A stretch of DNA of 23,312 bases, taken from NCBI RefSeq assembly GCF_006345805.1, contig NW_021836626.1, positions 1-23,312 of the forward strand. Direction: 5' to 3'. Within the stretch, counting starts at the first letter, position 1; every line of letters begins with the position of its first letter. The notes under the pieces were generated by a model, which worked only from the letters and a program-made list of their open reading frames with translations, was not told where the DNA came from and made no database searches. This document shows, one piece after another, positions 11,194-21,954 of the stretch. The translations under genes and the position numbers were made by a program. The stretch comes from Octopus sinensis (taxonomy: Eukaryota).

Positions 11194-11790
11194 ATACGAA
11201 TACTTACATAAACGAACGTATACATACATATATATGCACGTATGCACACGACTAGTTTAAATTGCCCGCCTAAAACTCCTCGTGTGATGTGGTCAAATAT
11301 AGCACCGCAGTGAATATAATGTCGAAATAAATATATAAATTTATATAAATATGGATAAGATCGTTATTTAAATATCGAACTTATCAAGTGCCCAGCATGG
11401 GAATAACAACCTTCCCATGCCGGATTAGTGAATTATTGATACTTGTGTCCTATTAATATTTTCACTTTCATTTTAATGTTTTCTTAATTTAGCCGCCCTA
11501 ATTATTGTTATTTACATTGATTTTTATAATGCAAACGGCGCCGAAGATTTTCGAAATTTCCAGTAAATTTCTTATGCAAAACTTAATGAGATTGGACTTA
11601 CAATATTTAAAACAAACATAGAAATTAATCGTCTTGTGATGCGTAATGAATTAGTAACGAAGGTTTGCGATGACAACATAATAAACATATTATCTCCACG
11701 TGATAAATTTCTTGCAGATATTTTTCTTCATTCATTTCTTACAGATAAATCCTTCCTTGTCAGGAAATCAACGGTGCCATGTAGACATAC

Positions 11791-11860
11791 GTAAACTTAT
11801 CGTCTGCAAACATGTAAAAGCCTGGCATTAACGTAGGGTAGACATTTTTGAACGCATCGT
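11791..11860 (-). CDS. Candidate 70-nt exon (DAFKNVYPTLMPGFYMFADDKF)
   Basis: Acceptor ttacatttctctttactgaagcag (NAGNAG), donor TAC|gtatgt. Non-repetitive, protein-like translation; phase 1 to 2. Confidence 0.5.
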
Positions 11861-12133
11861 CTGCTTCAGTAAAGAGAAATGTAAGCACTTTGAAAATAAC
11901 GCATCGTCTGCGTCGGGTGAGACATGAAACCTTGTTTACAAGTATATAGACACATGTAAACATCACTCTGTAATTTTCTTGATATAATTTGGATAGAAAT
12001 CTATAGATATCTTTCGTAGTACAAAGTAGCATTATTACCAAAATATAACAATGTTATCGAAGCTTGATATAACCTGACGAATCATAGCAACATTGCATTC
12101 CATACTAATCCTTCATTGTAGTCTTCATTTAAT

Positions 12134-12429
12134 TTTATTTATTTATTTATTTATTTATGTGCCCTTTTCAAGCCTAGCCAGGCTCATGCACCCGGTTTCC
12201 CGGTTTCTGTGGCGTATGTTTTCCCCGCAGCTGAGCAGCGTTATTCAAGAAAGAGGAAGAAAGAGTGAGAGAAAGTTGGGGCGAAAGAGTACAACAGGGG
12301 TCGCCACCACCCCCTGCCGGAGCCTCGTGGAACTTTAGGTGTTTTTGCTCATTAAACATACACAACGCCCGGTCTGGAAATCGAAACCGCGATCCTCCGA
12401 CCGTGTGTCCACTAGGCCTTTGCGCCTCC
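12134..12429 (-). mobile_element. tRNA-derived SINE with 13-bp TSD
   Basis: GTCTTCATTTAAT at 12121-12133 and 12430-12442. B-box-like GGTTTCGATTTCC. Tail GCCCTTTTCAAGCCTAGCCAGG is nearly identical to 514-535. Confidence 0.9.
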
Positions 12430-12466
12430 GTCTTCATTTAATAGTAGAAATATTTTAACAACGGTT

Positions 12467-12654
12467 AAGTCGAAAATCTGGCAGATCATTGGCATTTCGC
12501 CCGTTTTTACGTTCTGAGTTCGAAATCCGCTAAGGTTAAATTTGACTTTTATCCTTTCGAGGTCGATAATATAAGTTCCAATTAAGCTCTGGGATCTATA
12601 TAATCAGCGTACACCTTCCCCAGAAATTACGACCTTATGCCATAATTTGGGACG
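12467..12654 (+). mobile_element. SINE with Deu/Nin-like central domain, 18-bp TSD
   Basis: TTCTGAGTTCGAAATCC (B-box-like), then ...TTTTATCCTTTCGAGGTCGATAATATAAGTTCCA, resembling the Deu/Nin domain. Direct repeat AATATTTTAACAACGGTT at 12449-12466 and 12655-12672. Confidence 0.8.
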
Positions 12655-12882
12655 AATATTTTAACAACGGTTTCGGATTTAGACACGAAGCCGGCAATTT
12701 CTTTTGGGTGTATTAGTGGACACCATCGCCTTCAGTATTTGAGTAGGACTTTATTTTCTCAACCCACGAAGAAAAAAGTTCAAGTTCACCTCTGCGTGAT
12801 TAAAATTCAGAGCTAAGCGAGCCGGAAGTAATACCGCAAAGCAGTTTTCCCAAAACATAAAAAATTCTGCCATCTCGCTGCC
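12655..12882 (-). mobile_element. SINE of the same Deu/Nin-like family, inverted relative to 12467-12654
   Basis: Minus strand GGCAGCGAGATGGCAGAA...GCGGTATT...CTCTGAATTTTAATCACGCAGAGGTGAAC...GAAATTGCCGGCTTCGTG aligns end to end with the other copies. Confidence 0.75.
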
Positions 12883-13281
12883 GTGTGTTTCGATATCACT
12901 TCAATGAGAGACCATAGCCATGGTTGGCTATTTAAAGTAGATCCATTTGAAACTAAGAATAATTAACCATCGATGTTATTTGTTGATGTTAGTTTTGTTA
13001 CTGTTGTTGTTTAACGAAGGTCAAATGTCCCCTAATAGAAAATTGGTTGGTGTTGCGAACTTAACGACCTCAAATTATAATAGGTTTATCATGTACATGA
13101 TGCACTTATATTATGCAATGCGACCTTTCGTTTGAAACACGAAACAGAGAAATGAGTGGATTATAATAGCTATTTCTAGGAGGTAGAGAACTGTATGGAG
13201 ATTCTTAATAAGAAATACTATGGAATCATGTTAAGACTCCCTAAACAAGAACAATATCTTGCGTGATAACGTAACTGTTAC

Positions 13282-13310
13282 TATACTTAAGTGGGAGTAA
13301 TTCCGACTCT
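13282..13310 (-). CDS. Candidate microexon (24 or 29 nt, depending on donor)
   Basis: Strong acceptor attttattattgttttacag, but both possible donors (gtatag, gtaaca) are weak. Confidence 0.2.
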
Positions 13311-13389
13311 CTGTAAAACAATAATAAAATAGCACTTATCGAATACTCATGTTATACTCCATCGACTTCGATGAAGTCTACACAGACGT

Positions 13390-13586
13390 AGCGCATCGGC
13401 CATGCTTTCGTATTCAGAAGAGGAATACGTCGATTAGACTGATTGCAGTGCTCAGCTGGTACTTATTTCATCACCAACGAAACATTGACAGGCTAAGTCG
13501 ACTCAACTTTGAATGCAGAGCGTAAAGACGGACGAAATACCACTGAGCATTTTGTCGGCGTGCTAACGATTTTACTAGCTTAAGCC
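13390..13586 (-). mobile_element. SINE, Deu/Nin-like family
   Basis: Minus strand ATCGTTAGCACGCCGACAAAATGCTCAGTGGTATTTCGTCCGTCTTTACG...GTCGACTTAGCC...AAATAAGTACCAGCTGAGCACTG. Confidence 0.8.
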
Positions 13587-13799
13587 CTTACATAGACAAC
13601 ATATATTACGCAAGTATATTATCGTAAATGTTTGCTCTTTAATGATAGTATCTAGAGTTAGTAACTGTCTTAACATCTATCGAATATCATATACATAGTC
13701 ATAAAACAATGTGTTAGAGGTATGTGAAGACATTTTCTGTAATTCATTAGACTTCATATATTTTAATAAAGTACACAGCACGTGTTCTTGATAAGATTT

Positions 13800-14455
13800 G
13801 TTATAAGCTAAATTCAGTAGCTGCTTCAATGCAGGGCCGTAGACGTTGACTTGCCTCCGTTAAACAGTTCTTGTTACCTTTGGTCATTACCGGAACAATG
13901 GTGATCTTCAATAAAGCTAGAGCACTATGAAAGAACCAATTACCCTTCTTTTCAGCAACTCTCCCAAAGTAGAAGTTCATGGTATTTAAATCTGGTGAGT
14001 TTAGAGATCTCAGATTTGGTGTTACATGATCGTCTGTGATGTGGGCTTCGTAAGAAAGTTTGTTGAAATACGTTGGCCTTCCACTATGTACATCATTCAT
14101 TCAAGGCTTTATATCTTTCTCCAGCAGTTCAACATAGCCAACAGCATTAACACTAAGACCAAGGTATCATATTACCTTACATCCGTGGAACTATGTGAAG
14201 TCGCATGACATGAGATTCTAAAACAATCACAGTTGCTAAAAACTTAGAGCTAATCCCTCAAAGGACATCAGAAGGATCAGCATATAACCATTTATCGTTT
14301 TCCCTGTCACATATTTGTTCGCGATCGGAACTTGTTTCATCAGCGAAGAATCAAATCATGCCATATTCGTGAGGGATTTGAAGCTTGTTAAGAAACCGTT
14401 TTGTACAAAAGAAACTGTCTCCTGTGACTTTTCGGATATGAAAAAGTTTGTGACC
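13800..14455 (-). pseudogene. Decayed Tc1/mariner transposase (DD37D/maT-like), catalytic domain
   Basis: In order: KRFLNKL, GMI*FFADE (first D at about 14339-14341), NDKWLYADP, KFLATVIVL, VNAVGYVELLEKDIKP*, FQQ (about 14060-14068), SPDLNTMNFY (about 13969-13999), RLRPCIEA. Multiple stops and frameshifts; the D-D spacing cannot be measured because of a deletion. Confidence 0.85.
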
Positions 14456-14612
14456 ACCCCCTCCCAGTTTTCGACTTGTACTCGTTTTATCAAACTCAAA
14501 AGGATGAAATGCAAAGTTAACCGGGGCAGGAATTGAACTTAGAACGTGAAGACGTATGAAATGCCGCTAAGCGTTTTGCCCGACGTGCAAACCATTTTAC
14601 CAGATCGCCATC
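14456..14612 (-). mobile_element. SINE, Deu/Nin-like family, abutting the 5' side of the transposase relic
   Basis: Minus strand GATGGCGATCTGGTAAAATGGTTTGCACGTCGGGCAAAACGCTTAGCGGCATTTC...TTTCATCCTTTTGAGTTTGATAAAACGAGTAC. Confidence 0.8.
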
Positions 14613-14682
14613 TTAACCAGTACAAAAAGCGCAAGAGGTTTGTTCCATACTCTGACGAATCTACCGGTTTGGCCTTAGAAGA

Positions 14683-15110
14683 TAATGATGATGATGTGAT
14701 GGTGGTGGTGGTGGTGGAGGTAGTGGTTATGATGGTGATGGTGGTGGTGCTGATTTCCGTTGACAACGATGGTGACGATAGCGATCATCATCATGAAGAT
14801 GATAGCGATATTGACGCTACTGCTACTGCTGATAAACGATGATGATGATGATGACGACGACGACGAGGATTATGATGATGACGACGACTAGGATCATGAC
14901 GGCCATGATGATTATGTATGATGATCGAGATGGTCATGATTATGATGATGATCGTGATGAGCATCATAACCATCATTATGATGATGATGATGATCATTAT
15001 CATCATCATCATTGTCATCGTCATCATCATCATCATCATTATGGTTAGCGTCAGGATGCTGATAATATATTTAATCACAGTAATCTTCATCATAATCGTA
15101 ATTTAGACGA
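14683..15110. repeat. Degenerate (GAT)n/(GGT)n/(CAT)n microsatellite
   Basis: Directly visible. Confidence 0.9.
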
Positions 15111-15192
15111 AGAAGGAAAAGCTGGACTCGACGTTTGTTTTACATAAACGAAACAAAAATAAACGGAAACAAAAAACAACAACAACAACAAC

Positions 15193-15252
<60 letters not shown>

Positions 15253-15581
15253 CGAAAAATAATGCAGAGAAAAGAAAGTAACGAAAAGAGAAATAAATAT
15301 ATAAATTAAATAATAAACAAACAATCAAAATAAATGGACGTAGAAGCGAAATCTACAGAAACAAAAACGGATAAACAAAAATATAAATAGAAACAGTGGC
15401 CAACAGAGCAATAGAGATCGTATTACAAATCTAATTGGCACTAAGTGATTCCGCTATTAGGAAAAACAATTTGTATGTTCATCCATAGTTTGCTGGGTTT
15501 TTATTTTTTCTATAATATTTGTTAGTTTTTATTATCAATGTTAATTTTACATCTGTTTGGTATTTTTCCCCCTAACCGTTG

Positions 15582-15900
15582 TGTATGTATGTATGTATGT
15601 ATGTATGTATACATGTATGTATGTATGTATGTATGTATGTATGTATGCATGCATGCATGTATGTATGTATGTATGTATGTATGTATGTATGTATGTATGC
15701 ATGTATGTATGTATATATGTATGTATGTATGTATGCATGCATGTATGTATGTATGTATGTATGTATGTATGTATGTATGTATGTATGTATGTATGTATGT
15801 ATTTATGTATGTTTGTATGTGTGTATGTATGTATGTATATATGCATGTGTAAGTATGTATGCATGTTTATATGTATGTATGCATTTATGTATCTGTTTTT
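15582..15900. repeat. (ATGT)n microsatellite
   Basis: Directly visible; source of the IHTY/YVCM ORFs, including part of the 420-aa ORF. Confidence 0.95.
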
Positions 15901-16144
15901 ACGTTCATAATTATATGTATACATATCTATATAAACGTACTTATACGTATATATTGATAAATATAAACATATATGCGTGTGTGTGTGTGTGTGTGTGTGC
16001 GTGTGCGTGTGTATGTTTTTGTGTGTGTGTGTGCATATATGTGTATGTTTGTGTATGTATATGTCTGAAAATAACACACACATATACACACAACTACACA
16101 CATACATAAATATACGCATATAGCTATAGATTGATATATAAGTA

Positions 16145-16303
16145 AATAGATAGATAGAGGGAGAGACAAACAGACAGACTGACAGAAAAAGAGAGAGAGG
16201 TAGGTATGTAGGTAAGTAGGCAGGCAGATATATATAGAAAGAGAGAGAGAGAGAAAGAGAGATAGATAGATAGATAGATAGAGAGATAGAGAGATAGACA
16301 GAC

Positions 16304-16351
<48 letters not shown>

Positions 16352-16352
16352 T

Positions 16353-16410
<58 letters not shown>

Positions 16411-16477
16411 GATAGATATTAGATAGATAGATGGATAGATAGATAGATAGATAGATGGATAGATAGATAGATAGATG

Positions 16478-16545
<68 letters not shown>

Positions 16546-16546
16546 T

Positions 16547-16591
<45 letters not shown>

Positions 16592-16600
16592 CATATAGAT
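16145..16600. repeat. (GATA)n microsatellite
   Basis: Directly visible. Confidence 0.95.
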
Positions 16601-16869
16601 ATCCTAACATACATATTCATGGATACATTGCATATACGTGTATGTATGCCGGAAAGCTGATTTCTCTTCACAGTTATTGTTGTTGTTGATGCTGTTGTTA
16701 TCGTCGCTGATGTTGTTGTCGATGTTGTTGTTGTTGATTTGTTTTTGTGCTTATTAGTGTTGCTGTCACTGCTGATTCTTGCTGTTGTTCCAAACATTAA
16801 TTTCCACACGATCCTCTCCCAGCCTGGAACCTTTACTCACCCGCTTCTCTTTCCTTTTCCTCCCCCACC

Positions 16870-16901
<32 letters not shown>

Positions 16902-16960
16902 GTCTATCTCTCTCTCTCTCTCTTTCTCTCTGCTTATTCCTCCGTCTCTTGCTCAATCAC

Positions 16961-17040
16961 TTATCTTCTCTAATGTTAATGTTGCGAGGCAGACATCATC
17001 ATCCCTCGACCAATTTGCCTCATTTACAAATCCAGTGAAT
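16961..17040 (-). CDS. Candidate 80-nt exon (FTGFVNEANWSRDDDVCLATLTLEKI)
   Basis: Long AG-free T-rich tract ending ...ctgcggtctacaag; donor TAA|gtgatt (moderate). Phase 2 to 1; protein-like translation. Confidence 0.4.
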
Positions 17041-17411
17041 CTTGTAGACCGCAGAGCGAGCAGAAAAAATAAAAACCAAAAACAAAAAGCAAATAAATAA
17101 AACAAAATAAACATAAACAAAACATATAACGTAAAAAAAGAAATTAAATAAAACAAAGAAAATATAAACGTAAAGACAAATAAACGTGGAAAATATATAA
17201 ATAAATAAATAAATAAATAAATACGGAAATAAATAGACAGAAATCCAGCGAATCAGTTACGTTGGAAGAACACGCGGGAGTTAATCACTCAACTGTGATT
17301 ACAGCTCACTCGTACTCCTCAGATTTAGGCCCATTACTATATATGTAGTTAGATATATATATGTCTATATATATATCTGTGTGTGTCTGTGTTAATGTGT
17401 GTGTGTGCCTG

Positions 17412-17445
<34 letters not shown>

Positions 17446-17782
17446 ATATATACAAATATACGTGCGGATATAGGTTTTAATCCATACACATATTTTTAAA
17501 ATACATACTATATTTCTAGGTCTGTATACATATATATGATTGTATGGAGTTGATAGAGGAACAAGCATATAATAATGTGAGTGTGTACGTATATAATTAT
17601 ATAGATCCTTAAGAAAATGCGTTCGCAAAACCTACAGACACGCACACATACACACACCAGCATTTGAACATAGTTATATAGATAAGTAGATACATACGTA
17701 ACTGCTTGTTTCATTGAATTATAACAAAACGTACTCTTGTATACTATGCATATGTCCGCATGTCTTGATGCATACATTCCTC

Positions 17783-17870
17783 CAATGAACTGACGTGTCT
17801 TCCACTACGGAGGACAGTATATACGATACAGACCCCGGGAAACCGGCAATATGAACCTGTGGGTCTCTAA
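17783..17870 (+). mobile_element. Degenerate SINE 3' tail fragment
   Basis: ATGAACTGACGTGTCTTCCA...CCGGGAAACCGGCAATATGAACCTG aligns with the reverse complement of the tails at 514-600 and 12160-12230. Confidence 0.5.
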
Positions 17871-18042
17871 GTACCGTTGGTATTTTTTTAAATATAGACA
17901 CACAGATGTAAAGAATATACATTTATATACATTAGACATGGTCTCTCTCACTTTCTCTCCATTCATCACCCTCTTGTACTATCTTATATCTCTCCCTACC
18001 ACTACACACTCAATAATACTATAAAAAGGGTCAAAATTCCTG

Positions 18043-18165
18043 CAATAAACAATACAATAAACGATACAATAAACGATACAATAAACATGGACAGGACATT
18101 CGAACCCCTCAGTCTTCAGTCAAGAACCGGATCATCGTAGTAATTTCGGCTGATTAATCTTGATG
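18043..18165 (-). mobile_element. Retroelement 3' terminal fragment with 12-bp tandem tail, possibly Penelope-related
   Basis: About 3.7 copies of CAATAAAC(G/A)ATA at 18043-18086. The minus strand carries ATCAGCCGAAAT, matching the 3' half of the hammerhead at 8132-8142. Confidence 0.45.
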
Positions 18166-18414
18166 CATGTTATAAATATGTTTTGAACAGGTTCATGTTT
18201 CTCGTAATTTTCGTGAAGGCACGACCTTCTAGGATTCGAATAGCTGCTAATCCTACGAATTCTGGTTTATTTATTAATTATGTTTAAGTAAAATATTTCC
18301 AGCGAAAGTAGCTTATGTGTACGCCAGTCGATGCTTCAACACATGTATTAATTTATGAACGCATGTATGTATGTGTTGCATGCATGTATGCACGTGTGCT
18401 TGTCTGACTACCCA

Positions 18415-18935
18415 GACATATTTCTTTACTGCTGCTTGCAATGCTGTGAGAAATGTGGCGAAACCCACACATCGTCTTCCTGCAACGACTTTCATTTTTT
18501 TCTATCATACAGCCGCATACAAGTGTCCGGAACACGGACACTTCAATAAAGAAACAACTGAAGAAGTACCAAATCCAGAATTTTAAAGGGTCCATCAGGG
18601 CCACCAGTGCAACCGGGGCAATCTCAGAATTATGGAAGCTTTGTTTATAAACAAACTGAGAGGAGATCAGATCTATATGAAGCAAACTGTAGGGGACAGG
18701 AAGTAACTACACGACAAGAGGAAGGGACGAAACAGACTGGTGTTGCTATAGGTACACCAGTCTGCGACTGCCACCTTCCTCCTTCCGCTCCACATATTGT
18801 AGTCATTTCCCTTTATATAACGGTATTTTTTCATAGCGTTTTTCAGATAGCCAGATAACCGAAGAGATGGTGTTGTGGATTTCCACTTCGGCATCTGAAA
18901 CTCAGAGTTTTATCTTGACTATTGAGTAATTGTAA
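18415..18935 (+). mobile_element. Second Penelope-like relic (GIY-YIG remnant plus terminal region), different family
   Basis: YFFTAACNAVRNVAKPTHRL resembles the PLE VYxFxCxxCxxxYVGxTxRxL motif. Downstream RVHQG...LRIMEALFINKL matches the PLE endonuclease C-terminus. Stops and frameshifts present; hammerhead motif downstream. Confidence 0.7.
18853..18915 (+). ncRNA. Candidate minimal type I hammerhead ribozyme
   Basis: Stem I AGATAA (18853-58)/TTATCT (18910-15); core CCGAAGA; stem II GATG/CATC; GAAA (18897-18900); stem III near-palindrome AACTC-A-GAGTT; predicted GUU cleavage after 18909. Deviations: U4 to C and one extra U before GAAA. Confidence 0.6.
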
Positions 18936-18985
18936 CATATTATTTTATATTATATGATCGAACGCCACGCATCCATTTCCAAGTA

Positions 18986-19040
<55 letters not shown>

Positions 19041-19377
19041 TTATACATATATATGTGCGTGGTGTGTGTTTTGTGTGAATGTGTGTGAGTGTGCATACAT
19101 TTATATATATATATATACACATATATATATATAATTTATATATATACACACATATAATACATACATATATATCTATATATATATATATATGTATGTATGT
19201 ATATACATACTTATATATATATATATGTGTATATATATAACCTGTTTCCTATCACCCTCCCTATCTTTCGATCTGTCTCCCTCATTATTTCCGTGTTACG
19301 GAGCCATTAATTCTCTCTCAATTACTCACTCTTTTCATAAATACCTCCTTCGTTATCCTTTCAACTGCGTCCACAAG

Positions 19378-20470
19378 TACTACTACTACTACTAACTAGC
19401 ACCACCACCACCACGAACACCAATACCACTGCTCCTACTACTAATACTACCACCCTTGTCAACAACACCACCACTACAAATTCCCTACTCTCACTATCAA
19501 CACTAGTAGCACTTTCACAACAGCTGCTACTACCGCAACCACATTCATGCCACCACAATCACCACCATTACTACCACCAACACCGCTATCACGAACAATT
19601 GTACTGCCATTAATGCCACTATTACCATCGATATAGTTTACTACTACAACTGTCACCATCATACTCACCATTGCCATCATCAACACATCTATCACCGTCA
19701 CCAACACTGTGCCATCCCCAACGCTGTCACAAATGCTACTATCACCATAGCTTGACCACCGCGTGACCAACTCACCATCCTCTCAGCCATGATAACCAAC
19801 CACTATTACCTCAAACATCATCGCCTCAATCACTGTTATCACCACCATCACCACCACCATCACCACCACCATCACCACCACCACCACCACCTGCCACTAA
19901 CATCCCGTACTAAAAGCACTACCATTACCACCACTTCCACCACTAACACCATCACTACCACCACCACCACAACCACCAACACCACCACCATTACCACTAA
20001 CATCCCGTAATCGAAGCACTACCACTTCCACCACTAACTCCCTCACTACCACCACCACCACCACCACCACTTTCACCATCACCACCATCACCACCCGTAC
20101 CACAAACACTACCATTCCACCACTTCCACCATCAACTCCATCACTACCACCACTACCACAACCACCACCACCACCATTACCACTTACATCCTGTACCAAA
20201 AGCACTACCATTACCATCACTTCCAACACCACCACCACCACCACTGCGACCAGTACCAAGAACATCAAAATTACAACCTCCACAACCGCCATTACCACCA
20301 GCTCCCCTCTCCACCCCGACTACCATCACCAGCAACGCCATTAGTACGAAAACCATCAGGATCATCATTACCATTTTCAACATCACCACTGACCAGCATC
20401 ACCACTCCCACAACCACCACCACCACCACCACCACCACCACCACCATACCTCCACCACCACCCCCATCAT
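19378..20470. repeat. (ACC)n-derived low-complexity tract with an internal ~95-bp higher-order repeat
   Basis: Anchor CC(C/T)GTA recurs at 19904, 20004, 20094 and 20190. Confidence 0.85.
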
Positions 20471-21552
20471 CAGTTTGCCAGAGACTCATTTTCGAAAACA
20501 TCAATTTCCTCTCTGCCGTTTCTTCCAAACTCTAATTGACTGTCGTTTCTAACTAGGCAATGTTGATATGACATAATCACGTGGAATTGCAGGGGAAGGC
20601 AGAGTTTCATGTCAACACTATAATTACGATCGTTGATCATTCCTTTATATTATTCTTTATTTTATTATTATTATTATATTTTCCTTTCTGGCTTTTGTGG
20701 TTTGTGGCCGAGTTGTTAGGAAGACGTTTTTATAGGAAGTAACTGGCCGCTAATGTTGCACGATCATGGAGTTGATGGTTTGGAAGGATGCTGGAATGGA
20801 CGGGTTCGTGATTGCGACGGTAAATTCTTCACTGGCTCACTTGCTGCCTGTCTGGCGAGTTGCTTTAGAAGATTGCTTCGAGAGAATTTGATGGTTGGTT
20901 TGCTAGTTTGCTGGCTCGTTGGTTGGTTCGTTCGTTCGTTCGTTGGCTGGATGGTTGATCGGTTAGTCGGTTAGTCGGTTGGATGGCTGGTTAGATCGTT
21001 AGCTAGATGGATAGAGACGAAAGAGGGGATGATAGGGGGTAGAGGTAGAAATATAAGTAGACCTCGAAGACTAAATGATAATTGCAAAGACAATTATATG
21101 TTTGACTCGCTCTCTCCCTCCCATTCTCTTCTCTCTGTCTCCTTCTCACCCCTCCCCCTTCTCCCTCTCTCTCTCTCTCTCTCTTTACCCTCTCTCTCTA
21201 ACTGGCTGCGTACTTTTCTGATTAGACATCTCACGCCGCCTGGACGATTTCCTTGCTAAGTAAGCAGCGTCAAGTCTCTATAACAGATTGGATTGCCAGG
21301 CAGTTAGCTGGAGATTTTGATTTGTTGCGATTCGGGTCTTCAAATTGGTTGGTTCTGCACCTCCTTCTATGTCCCTATGTCCAGGTCCTTTACTACTGGC
21401 TGATAAAAGCCAGGATTGTGCTGGTGTTTGTGTATCTTCCTACATATGCCTTCACGACCCTGTTTCTCTTCCTCTTATTTCTCCTCACTGACTCACGCGT
21501 CCATGCTTATTCCTCTTTAACCTCACAGATAAGTAACGAAGAATACACATGC

Positions 21553-21554
<2 letters not shown>

Positions 21555-21584
<30 letters not shown>

Positions 21585-21600
21585 TAGATAGATAGATAGT

Positions 21601-21684
<84 letters not shown>

Positions 21685-21725
21685 CCGATAGATAGATCAC
21701 TCTCTGCATATATATATATATATAC
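21555..21725. repeat. (TA)/(GA)/(GATA)n microsatellite
   Basis: Directly visible. Confidence 0.95.
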
Positions 21726-21862
21726 GTTTGTGTGTATGTGTGTATATAAATGTATACGTCTGTGTGTATTCATGTGTATCTATTTATCTATATGTATAAT
21801 ATATATATATATAATATATATATATATATTAATATATATATATATATATATGTGTTGTGTGT

Positions 21863-21954
21863 ATTCCTTTACTTTTTCAGTCGTTTGACAGCGACCATGC
21901 TGGAGGACCGCCTTTAGTCGGACAAATCGACCCTGGCACTTATTATTTGTAACC
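21863..21954 (-). mobile_element. SINE 3' tail fragment
   Basis: Minus strand AATAAGTGCCAGGGTCGATTTGTCCGACTAAAGGCGGTCCTCCAGCATGGTCGCTGTCAAACGACTGAAAAAGTAAAGG; same family as 378-455. Confidence 0.8.

Noticed and set aside
12915-12931. Small palindrome TAGCCA-TGGT-TGGCTA
   Set aside because: Short enough to occur by chance in 23 kb.
15547-16809. Longest ORF (420 aa), and the many IYIY, poly-Ile, poly-Val, SIYL and YVCM ORFs
   Set aside because: Translations of stop-free microsatellite frames with no coding signal.
18043-18086. CRISPR-like or other spaced array
   Set aside because: Simple 12-bp head-to-tail tandem repeat without spacers, in eukaryotic DNA.
18085-18165. Third hammerhead on the minus strand
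   Set aside because: Only the CAGCCGAAA half is present; there is no upstream CUGANGA or stem II partner.
20292-20528. Gly/Val-rich minus-strand ORFs
   Set aside because: Derived from the (GGT)n tract; no credible acceptor.
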